A stretch of 64,000 nucleotides of DNA from Trichosphaerium sp. ATCC 40318 (Eukaryota; Protista; Tubulinea), in the NCBI GenBank assembly GCA_038496445.1, contig JALMLS010000279.1, forward strand, positions 1 through 64,000, given 5' to 3'. The notes under the pieces are model-generated. The model was not told the DNA's origin. It saw only the letters and a program-made list of their open reading frames with translations, and ran no database searches. Both the position numbers and the translations under genes were made by a program. This document shows, one piece after another, positions 27,377 to 38,310 of this stretch. The number at the start of each line of letters is the position of its first letter. Position 1 is the stretch's first letter.

Positions 27377-29687
27377 GCAAGTATTTTTAAACAGAGGTTT
27401 CGCGTGTCGTAGATCGTACCGCGAGCTCGCGGTCGCGTACGAACACTAAAATACTCTGTTGTAAAACCAACGATTTTTAGTTTGTATTTTTTTTTTATTT
27501 GTATGTTATAACTGATTGTTTTGTTTAGTTTTTGGTTAAGATGAATCTATACTTTCCATATGTGACCAACTGGAAAGAAAGCAAGCAGTTTGTTAAGGCT
27601 GGCATGTTTTTTGAGCCATTGGACAGTGCTCTGATAGCAGAATTGGTTGCATCTGCTGAAAATGTGGTACGTAGGCTTTCGTCTTTATTCTAACACGCAT
27701 TTCGCGTGTCGAAGTACAGACCGCGAGCTCGTGGTCGGTTTCGAACACGCATTTTGTGTGTTGTATAAAGTTTCGGTCGTTCACTCACACTCTCATCATA
27801 GCACACCAAACATCCAGTGGGCTACAGGACTAGAATATTGGCTCATGCTGCATGGGCAGAGTTACCTCTCCATGCCAGAATAGCAGTAAGTCAAGTACCT
27901 TTTATATTTTTTTTTTGAAAAAAGGGTTTGTGCCTAACTTGTACATTTAGTTTGTCAAAGCACTGACCTGCAGGGTGTATCATGAGACCAATCAATCTTA
28001 TTATTTGCAGAGGTACAAGAACTGCAGCCAATATATCACACAGGTACAAAAAAAAAAAAAAACCAATCGGTCAGTTTTTTTTTGTTGTTTTTTTTTTGTT
28101 GTTTTTTTTTTTTTTCTTCTCCCTCCACCCTCATCTAACTTTAACTCGAGGCCTTGAGACAGCTGAACGAGCTCGGTTGGTACGAGCTCTCGTGGGACAC
28201 GAGCACCGAGGAGGAGCACGTGAATTTCGCGAACAGCCTGCGTCTGTGTATATTTCGCCAGCTTTTGATGTACGACCTGCACTTGCTTTGGACCGGCACC
28301 ACAGAAGATGGCCAAAAATTGCCCAAGATGGTTATAGAAGAGATGAAGTACAAGCAAGCAGCAACGGTGCTCTCCTTCTCTCACACTGCCTTGTTGTCTA
28401 TGCAGTGCTTGGATTTGCCTGAGGTGGAGGAAGCAAGTAAGTGTCATTTTTTTTTTTTTTACACTACACATCCAATGTCGCGCTCGGCGCTACACGCGAA
28501 TCGCCTGTTCGTCGAACGTGGCGGTCGTACCTCTTTTCTTTTCTTTTTTTTTTTTTTTTTTTCTCTCCCTAGTTTACTTTTAAACTAATGTCCTTTGTAG
28601 CTCCTCAGTTAGAAGCCATGTTGGAGAATGCCTACTTACCTTTTAGAGATACAAGGGCCAAAAACACTGCCAATGCAAGGGCAAGTGAAGGCAGTGCCAT
28701 AAACAGGCATAAAAAAAAAGGTAAAGGCAAAGGCAAGAAAAAGAAGCCTATGGTTAAAACAACTCCTCCTACATCAGATGAAGAAGAAGATTTTGAAGAA
28801 AAAGAAGATGAGAATGAGGATGAGGTTGAGGATGAGGTTGAGGATGAGGTTTCAGAAGAAATCCAGCTGCAAAAAAGACCAAGAAGAAGCAGCAGAGCAC
28901 ATGGGTTGTTCAAAAAATCAAGTGAGCCTTGGTTTGAAAGTGTAGTAACTCACAGACCGATCGTACTCGGTACGAACACGATCGCGATGTGTTGGTTTTT
29001 TTTTTTTTTTCCTTTCTCTTTTTTTTTTTTTTTTTTTCATAAACCAATGTACCAGTTGATGTTATTTAGATTCTGATAAACCACAGCCTTCTACATCAAA
29101 ACGTCATGTAAATAAAAGGTCAGGACCAACAAAGATGACCACAAGAAGCAGTCAGAGACTAAAACGAGGTACGTTAAATGTGAACACACATTCTCTGTGT
29201 TCAAATTCGACCGCGAGCTCGCGGCGGGTCGCCGACACCTACTTTACCTGTTGAAAAATAGCATTTTTTATGCGAACTTCACATGACTTACTTGGAGTTT
29301 TTTTTTGTAGCTGGTAAAATAGATTTGACCCAGTTGAGTGAAGATGATGAAGAGAGCAAAGAAGAGGAGGAAGAAGATAATAAGAAAGGTAAAGAAGAAG
29401 AAAGTGATGATGATGAAGAAGAAGAAGAAGGAGAAGAAGAAATCATAACTGAACAACTGGTAGAGAGAGCTGATTTGCCACCAAGGAAACAAAGAAGAGG
29501 CAGAAGAGTGTTGAAAACTCCAGGTAAAATACCAACTAGATCTTCTGGTGCAAAAAAAAGAAAGAGAAACAGCATTGGCAAAGCAGGAAGGGCCAACAAG
29601 AAAAACAAGACAGGTAAAAAGCCTGTTGAAAACGAAGACGAGGATGGTGAAGGAGAAGAACAACTCAGTGAAGAAATCTTTGAGTAA
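24284..29687 (+). CDS. Gene X: ~950 aa orphan protein, 13 exons, weak ParB/Srx-like motif, acidic/basic low-complexity C-terminus; one 1-nt frameshift near 27048
   Basis: Phase-consistent exons: 24284-24385, 25231-25382, 25560-25710, 25994-26376, 26498-26845, 27035-27325, 27529-27666, 27802-27885, 27951-28043, 28151-28436, 28601-28939, 29070-29168, 29311-29687. The missing A near 27048 is present in the inverted copy. Motif PIVW..FGVGDGAHCL. Confidence 0.8.
24707..29226. repeat. Dispersed intronic 18-bp palindrome GACCGCGAGCTCGCGGTC within a longer GTGTTCG..CG(A/T)ACAC hairpin unit
   Basis: Perfect copies at 24891, 25173 and 26894. Near-perfect copies at 24839, 25034, 25873, 27418, 27719 and 29209. 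Degenerate copies near 24707 and 28956. Confidence 0.92.
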
Positions 29688-30164
29688 AACACATTGTGTA
29701 ACTTTACCTTAATAAATATAGTTTTAATGTAGTTTAATTTTTTAATGTAGTTTAAAACGTGATAGTAACTTTGTCAACTTTTTTTGTCAATATTTACGAT
29801 GTTGTCAACTTTGTTACAAAATGCTGAAAATTATTTTCAGCACGCACAGCCAGAAACAACGTATTTGAGTTGAAAATACAAAGTGATGCCCGATTTAGAA
29901 AAAACACGTTTGGGTTTTTTTTTTGCTTTAAATGTACATGTGGTTTTACAGTATCTCACATGGTATGTACTACTACACCTTAAACAGTACATAGTGATGC
30001 ATTTTGCAAATTTTTAACCCGTTTAAGGTTTTTATTTCACAACAGCAGCATATTGTACTGTAAGAGAGTTTTTGCGCGTAGAAAAGCATAGTGTAGGTAC
30101 TTGCGAGATGGTTTACTTTATTATCTTTTGATTTTGCCCCATACTTTTTTACAATTGGTGAAAT

Positions 30165-32330
30165 ATGTCTACAGTGCTTCTAACATACCATGAGATATCA
30201 ATAGTTACTTTTTTGTAACATGGGAGGTAAGTATAACAAAAATCTGTAACAACTTCAAGAAGTGTATACACAGCCTTGAACATTGTGTTATGAGCGTTTG
30301 AAAGATCCTACATCACTTAACAAGCCATACTTACTATTTGTGTTTGATGTTGGACGCTAATGAGCACCATTACGGCCAGCAATACCATCAATAGGTAATG
30401 TCAAGCTGCTGGCATGGAACCAAGGAAACAACCCTGTTTTTTATTGTTCAAAAGAGAAAAAGTGGGCTCGACAATATAGTCACATACGCCATGCAAACAC
30501 ACACAAAGGGATTACATGGTATTACCGTTGCAAAAGACGCGGGATTTGTACAGCTAAGTTACAGATTGTCTCAAGAGCTGGTAAAGACGCTGAACATGCT
30601 CAAGTGTTGGATATCAGACAAACAGAAGGTACTATAAACAACAACAGTTTAATTGAAGTTTAAAATAACCAAAATTGTTAGGGCATTCTCTACAGTGCCT
30701 CCCTATTCCCGTTCATAAATTAAAACTTGGAACTGGCGCAAAAACTAGCATTAAAAAAGATCTGGCACGCAAAATACAAAACGAAGTGTGGTACGAAAAA
30801 TGACATCAGCATCTATCACTAATTGTTTTTATGTACTAGTATAAAGCTTTTTTACAAGATGAATCTAAAGATCCTCTTAATGGCTATGAGGTACTAACGC
30901 TAATAACATGACATACCTGGCGCGTAGAGTGCACCACGAAAGGATATGCACCATGAGGTATTGGTTTTTTATTATGCTTGGATTAACATGCCCACAGGTT
31001 TACTCAAACATTCGGATGATGTACCCCGAATCATCTAGAATTGTTCAAGCCACAAATGATGTAATATCATTTGTCGAGCCAGATTGTGACAAAAAAATAC
31101 ACAACCTTGATACCAGTGTCCTCTTTGTTGATGGCACCTTTGGCATTGCGGATATTAACGCTCAAGTACGTGTAGTAAAAGTAAACAAGATTTTTTAGCT
31201 CATATATTTTACTTTAGGTTTTGTTTTTTTGGGTAAAGGCTGTTGGTGACACTACACCAAGGAACTTGTATTAGCTTTGCCATTATGAAGAATAAAACAC
31301 TGGCAGAGTATGAATACGCGTTTATGCACCTAAAGAGTGTATGTGGTGCTCCTTTTGAGCGTTTGATGACTGACGGAGAGACAAACATGAAAAGAGGTAC
31401 TTTTTTTGCCAACATTTGTTTTACAACTAGTAATATTTGTTTAGCCGCTACAAATGTACTGAGACCCTTAAAAATAGCCCAGTGTATTTACCATATAGCA
31501 GAAGCTCATAGACGAAGGCGAGCAAGGCTAGGATTGAAAAAAGAAGGCGTGAAGAAGAGAATAGATGGTGTAAGCTTGTTTCTTCTGAGCTGATATACGA
31601 AAAAATGAAAAAGCATTCTATCGTAAATGGCACGCCTTTAAAAAAGAAGTGATTGAGAAGAGCGATGACTGCAAACAATTTATTAAATACTTAGCTAATA
31701 CTTACATTGAGGTTGCAAACGAAATAACCGAGTACACTACATAATTCATACCACAACCTTTTTCTTATTTTTTCCTTACTTTTCGTTTTAAACTTTTTTT
31801 TTTACTAGCTCTCCTCCATCTACTGGGCTCTTTGGACTGTTAAGAATACGCCTTGGGAGCACTGTCGAACGAATAATATCAGTGAGGGCAACAACTGCGA
31901 TGTCAAGAATGTGTTAACATTTGAGGTACTACTAAGCGAGCTTGTGATGTTGTGTTTTCTTCTCTGGCAAACTATGCAAAGTGCAGCTTAAAGGATGGCA
32001 TGCGTACAGTAGAAGGAATACCTGTTGGCACTCCAAAGCTGTACAGAGAAGAGACGCAAAGAGCAAGCTGAGAAAATCAGAAAGCGGTGCATGTGCTAAT
32101 GCTACATTAATTTTTGCTTGTAATGTTGTTTAGTGAAACGGCTTAATACTCCGCTGCTAAAATTAAAAGCACAACAAAAAGCTGCGAGAGAAGCTAAAGA
32201 AGCTAAAAGAATCCAAAAAGAAAAAAACAACGCCTTCAACATAACCAACACCTTACAGTGCCATTAAAGGTTAGAATCTTGGGTAAATTTAAGCTATTAA
32301 CTTTGCTCATAGCTTCGAAAGAATTAAACA
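30165..32330 (+). mobile_element. Mutator/MULE DDE transposase gene with introns, probably partly decayed (ends approximate)
   Basis: FLYWCH/WRKY-like finger TWYYRCKRRG..GHSLQC. Catalytic VLFVDGTF, RLMTDGE, CIYH (CxxH) and RTNNISEGNN. Confidence 0.88.
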
Positions 32331-33599
32331 ATCATAATCAAAAAAAAATCAATGAAAAAATACCTTGCTACAAACTTTAATAAACTTCATTTCCTCCTCT
32401 ATTGTGGCGTTTACTTGTAGCTGATGAGACGCCTGTAGTATTAATAAACGTGAAGTTCTTGGTTTGTTTTTAAATAGCTTAGTTGTGGTTCAGGGCTTAT
32501 TTCTACCAACTACTTATGATTTTTTGGTCAACTTTCTGTCAACTTTTTGTGTCAGCAATTATTACTGTAGGTATTTCATGAACGTAATATAAAGGTCTTT
32601 CAACCTAAACAATATATATGCGCTTCACAGGCTATGCTTTGTTAATAATAAAAAAACAGCTGAGAGGTTGAGAACAGGTTCACAGAAAGTTGACAAAAAA
32701 AAATTGACAGAAGTTGATATTACCTGTCACCGTTTAATAAAAAACAACTTGTAGGTTTTTTTTTTCTTTTTTTCAGAGCCAAAGTTTTTTTGAATATTAA
32801 GACAATTGTACATGTGTTTTTAAATTGAAAAAAAAAAAAAAAAAAAAGAGAGCTATTATTCAGCTTCTTTGTACAATAAAAAAAGACTTGTTGTTTGGTG
32901 TGTATTATTTATATTATTTATTTATTTATTTTATGTGTGGTTATAGTTTATATAAAATTTCAAGTGCAAATATAATGAGATTTTTAGGGTAAAGGTTGGT
33001 GTAGTTTGGAAGGTAAGGTTTGGAAGGTGGGGGGGGGGGGGGGTTAAGTGCAAGGTTGGGTGTAAGTTAATGTAGTTTAATCTTCCTCTAATCCTGGTTT
33101 TTGGCTTTTTTTAGCTTGCTTTGACAAGCTCATAGTTGTATCTCTCTCTTGAAGCTTTTCAACATGGTTGTTGCAAATCAGCCATGTTTGTGTTTGGCCA
33201 CCTTTTCAAAAAGGCCAAACAGTAATGGATTTGTCTGCTAACTGTACCTTGATGTCAATTTCCTTGTGTATTTTTAAAGACAGCCATTATTTTGGATAAA
33301 CTTATGTGCATTACAAAAAAAAAAAAAAACTCAGTAAAAATTAAAAAGCAATCTATCTATTGTATCAATAGTGGTAAAAGTAAGTACTTTGGTGGTAAGC
33401 ACAGTTTTGGCCCCTTCAGGTTCATAAAAGAGACATCTTTTTCAGACACAGCATTTCGTAGGTTGGATTACTCGAACAGGCTGGAAGTGTGTCTCTCACT
33501 ATGGCTGGAGTTTGGTTTTGTCAATGAGCTCTTCCAAGTGTTCAGGATCGCTATGACATCAGCAATAGGTCCAAAGCTCTTTATGATCATTGTTAATGT

Positions 33600-36500
33600 G
33601 GAAAAAAAAAAAAAAAAAAAGATCAAAATAAAAAAAAAAACAACCCTCACCTCTTTCCATTGAGCAGGACTGAGCTGAGGTTTGACTCTGCTGGCTCCCC
33701 ATATCGCAAAATTCACCTTACCTATATCTCCCGCCTCCGCTTGGTAATCGAAGACCTGGCCCGCGTCGTCGCACCACATCTTGAACAGGTGGCGGTAGCG
33801 ATCCACCTTGGAGTCTGGAGTGGTCAGACTTTGCAGAAAAGTTGATCTTGGTGCAGTAGATCGCTATCGCTTGCATCTTGGCGAAAGGATTTATCCACTC
33901 CACATTTTTGATTGCAAATTTGCAGGTTTTAGCTGCATTTTGTCTAAGGCAAACAAGTAAGAAACAATTGAACAATAAGGTAAGGAAAAGTAAAAAACCA
34001 GAAAAACAAAAAAAAGGTTCGTCGTTCGAGTTTTTTTACGACAGGAAAATCTAGTGTTCGAACGCGACCGCGAGCTCGCGGTCGGTCGACCGACACGTAA
34101 AATACGTGTTCGAAAATATTCGCGAACGTACGCCAACTCTGTCAAAAGACAGTGTGCTCCATCTCCAACTCCAAAGCCAACAATAGGGTCTGTATTGTAT
34201 TCATCACACCAAACAATAGGCATAGGGCAAAGCACAAACCTTTTGGTGAAGGTTTCATAAATAGGCATCTTCTGTATAATGTTCCTGGGGTTGACTCCTC
34301 TGACATTCAAAAAACAAGCTATGTGTGACATGTCCAAGGGGCCTTTGTAAAATGAGGGCTTCTTCACTCTCAGATACTTCTTGTTGATAGAGTTGGCAGC
34401 AATCCCTCTTAGCAGGCCTTTTGTATTGATGGCTTTATGATGCAGCCATTCAATTTATTGGTGCCTGTCTTCATGTAGCTACATAAAAGTTAAAAATAAA
34501 AAAAAAAAACAAAAAAAAAAAAACAAAAAATGAACGTCGTTCGTTTTCGAACACGTTGAACGCGTGTTAAAAAAATATCGCGAAAATTGTTACTTACTCC
34601 ACAAAGAGATGGAAATCTGAATCATTGCCAAAGCTCAAGGAATCTCTAAAATGGACCAAAAGAAGGGCAATGTAGTACCAAGAATCTGTGACATGAAGTC
34701 CCATGGCTGTGTAGAATATGCCAGTCCAGAGTAGCACCTGCCAATACAACTGTCTCCACTTGCAGCTTATAATCCATCCATTCCTCTCCTTCTCCTCTAC
34801 CTCCGATTCCTCATCTCCGTGTTCTCTCGGCATGGGTTCGTGCTCCTTGTAATCTCTGGTGTAGTTGCCTTCGAAGTGCATCGGCTTCCACCACTTTTCT
34901 TCGTCCGAGGAGTAGATTTTTCTGACGTCTTTGATAAACTTCTGCAGTTGGTCTACTCCTTCAACAAATGGAAATCTCTCCTACAGCAACAAATTAATTA
35001 AAAAAAATAATTGAAAAAAAAAAAAAAAAAAAAAAACACCAAAAGGCGACGATTTTACAACAGGATATTTAAGTGTTCGTACACGACCTCGAGCTCGCGG
35101 TCGCGGTTTCGACACATGAAAACTGTGTTATGAATACTTTAGGGAAAAAAGAGGAAAAAAATAATTGAAAAAAAACACAAAAAATCAGAAAAAAAAAAAA
35201 AAAAAAAAAAAAAACGAAATAAAACGAACACGGCCCGCGCGTGTATGTATCGGAAAACGTACCTTGAATGCTGCCTTCAGCTTGTTGTTAGGAGTTATTT
35301 GGGACTCAACACATTGTCAAAGCTGGCAACAAAAAACCCATTTAGACATCTCTTCATCCTCTTGATGGGCATGGTTTTAGCATAAACCAACTGGTTGGCT
35401 ATGATAACACCTCTACATAGATAAATTAATTGAAATGAATTGGCAGTAAAAAAAAAAAAACAAAAAATAAAAAAAAAATAAATGGCAGCTACGTTTACGA
35501 ACATGCGTGTTGCGTCGAACGTGAAATTAAATGGGTAAAAAAAAAAAAAAATGAACAAAAAAAAAAAAAAAAAAACAACCAACTTACTCAAAACCAAAGA
35601 TAACATCTCTGTGTTCTCCAATTAGAGTACCCACAATTTTTGTTTCAGTGTTGTGGTTTCCATGGGTACTCACAATCATCCAACCAGGACTTGTTGGAGC
35701 TAAAAAGAGTATTAGAAGTGGCACATCAAATAATTCCAACTAACGAAAATACAAACACGGGTTTTTCGTGTTGAAAATATGACCGCGAGCTCGCGGTCGG
35801 AAACGAACACATTAAATACGTGTTACGTTCAAAACAGCATGCTTGCAGTCAGTTATAAAGAGACTTTAAAAAAAAAACGGTTTTTTAAAAAAGTACACAC
35901 TTTTTATGTGTACAAAAACCGACCGCGAGCTCGAGGTCAGGTACGAACACAATAAATAAGTGTTGTATACCATATACCGAGCAAGCAATCAGTTATAAAG
36001 CAAGACTTTTAAAAAAAAAACGGTTTTTAAAATAGTACACACTTTTTATGTGTACGAAAACCGACCGCGAGCTCGCGGTCATGTACGAACACGTTAAAAG
36101 CGTGTGTTTAAAATCGTACAGCGAGCTCGCGGTCTGTAAAAAAAGCAAAACAACAAAAAAAAATTAAAAAAAAAGTACACAATTTAATTGTGTACCAAAA
36201 CCAACCGCCAACTAGCGCGACTTTCTAACACGCGATATACGTGTTCTAATGCCGCGGCGAGCTCGCTGTTGAAAATTAAAGCAAAATAAAACAGTGTGAA
36301 CCAAAACCAAATGAAAAACAACGCACACGCGTTCTGCGTGTTACGAAACCCTCGTTTGGGTTTGGTTCTACCATGCAAAAAAACGCATGGTAACGAAAAA
36401 ATCGGACACATGAAAACCGTGTACAAAAACCGTCATTTTTTTTCGAAATTTATTTGAAAAATTAGGGGTTTTGAAAAAACCATTTAAAAGCAAAAAAACC

Positions 36501-36691
36501 CCCTTTATTAGTCTTTAAAAATTAAAATAAGACTAATAAAGGGGGGTTTAAAAAAAACAAAGAGTAAAAAAGAGGTTAGTACCTAGTACTCTCTTCCTCC
36601 TGAGCCTGGGCTTACCATCAGCTTCTTTGGAGGGCTCATCCTCATCAGAAAACTCAATGTTTATGAGAGAGAGGTCTTCATCTGAGCTCAT
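33600..36691 (-). pseudogene. 3'-truncated inverted copy of gene X (exons 1-6), with frameshifting indels
   Basis: Homology stops in the poly-T tract of intron 6 at 33600. One-base indels near 35306, 34417 and 33838. Confidence 0.85.
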
Positions 36692-37007
36692 CCTTGATTT
36701 ATGAAAAGTCAAAAAAGTAAAATGAGGCTTTTTTTCCCCCAATAATCGTGTTGAGAAATAGACAGGAATATTTCGTGTTTCGAAATGTGAATCGGAAATT
36801 TCGCCTGTTTAAAAAAAGTAAGAAAAAAATGAGAATTTGACAGTTTGCAAGATTGTTGATGAGGTCCTGGGTTTGTAAAAAACCCTATCTTGCTGTAACC
36901 CTACAGGGAGATTGTATGTGCAAAAAACATAAAAAAAAGCCAAAAAAATCGAAAAAATTTTACAACAGGGTAGAGTAGTGTACAAAAAAATACGGTTGGT
37001 ACATACT

Positions 37008-37254
37008 CCTAAACCCTAAACCCTAACCCTAAACCCTAATTGGCTTCTAGGGTATAACCCTAATCGTTATTTTAGTCTATTAGGGCTAGGGTTATGGCTG
37101 GTATTGCAAATTTGATTTAGGGCTAGGGTTAGGGTTACAACCCTAATGATTATGAAACATCAGTTGCAGATTAGGCTAGGGTTAGGTTTGCAACCCTAAT
37201 GGTTATTCAAAGTCAGTCACTGATTAGGACTAGGGTTAAGTTCTCAACCCTAAC
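37008..37254. repeat. Inverted copy of the telomere-repeat-derived array
   Basis: cctaaaccctaaaccctaaccctaaaccctaa at 37008-37039, followed by the hairpin units. Confidence 0.85.
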
Positions 37255-37609
37255 TAGAATTATGGTTGAGTTAATATATTAAAGTTTGTGCTTAGATTTT
37301 AACAACCCCTCAGTACTTTCACTTTACTGTTTATGCTTTTAAAAAGTTGTATAAAGCTTTGTTAAGGCTTAAGTATTATCTAAGCCATTTTATTCTTTGT
37401 TAAATTTTTTTTAATTTTGTTTAATTGCTTTATATTTACCAACAAGCCATTTTATACAAAACAAAGTTATCAGTTATGCTGCAAAACACTTGGTCATCTT
37501 CATATTAGTTAATAATGCATTTGTAATTGGTTTTGACTTGAGCACAGATACCTACACTATAACTCACTTTTGTTATGTGACATATTTTTATTAAGTACAT
37601 GTATTTAAC

Positions 37610-37842
37610 ATTACACTTCTCCTTCATAAATGGATACTGTTGAGTCAGTAGTTCCAGCAGCAAGCAACACACGATGCCTAGCAAAATAAATATTTGTTAC
37701 CTACAACAACTACCGTAGGTGAAATGCAAGCGATGAAACAGGCCTATCCTTTGTCCTAGCCTGCCATCATGATAACGAATCAAGCTGAGTTCCTTTCCTT
37801 CAAAGTTCATTACTTTATGCGTTGATCTTGTGAGCCACTAAT
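37610..37842 (-). pseudogene. Duplicated last two exons of Raptor (fragment)
   Basis: Reverse complement of 23127-23363 with several small deletions. Confidence 0.9.
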
Positions 37843-38310
37843 AGCGCTTCGCTTCAAAATGCATTCCACTTTGAGGTTTATGCATGTACCGCTTCGCTAA
37901 ATAATGCATTTCACTTTAGGTATCATATTGTTGTTTCACTACAATATCTTGGATTTCTTCATTTTTTTCGCATGAAGTGCTTCGCTTCAGAATGCATTCC
38001 ACTTTAGGCACCGCATATGTGCCGCTTCGCTGAATAATGCATTAGGTGTCACATGCGCACCGCTTCGCTACAGTATCTTAGATTCTTTTAATTTTTTTTT
38101 CGCATTAGATTTTGTAATGGGCTTCGCTTCAGAATGCATTCCACCATAATCTCTGCATGCCTACCGCTTCGCTACATAATGCATTCCACTTTAGGTCCCG
38201 CATGCGTGCCGCTTCGCTACAAATTGTTGGATTCTATGAGTTTTTCGCTTTTTTGCCGCTTCGCTACAGAATGTTGTCGTTGTGACCCTATAATATATCG
38301 CTTCGCGATA
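37843..38310. repeat. Minisatellite: ~42 bp monomers with core (C)GCTTCGCT..AATGCATTCCACTTTAGG, grouped into ~135-145 bp trimers
   Basis: GCTTCGCT near 37846, 37891, 37979, 38024, 38062, 38121, 38166, 38211 and 38257. Confidence 0.85.

Larger units (their letters stand above)
33600..37842 (-). repeat. Right arm of the ~4.25 kb inverted repeat
   Basis: Reverse complement of 23127-27376 with scattered indels and substitutions. Confidence 0.97.

Noticed and set aside
28632-29692. Ser/Phe-rich minus-strand ORFs
   Set aside because: Antisense shadows of the Glu/Lys-rich exons of gene X.
23127-37842. Simple long-read foldback chimera
   Set aside because: The arms are separated by 6.2 kb of unique sequence and differ by biased substitutions. 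An assembly error is less likely but not excluded.
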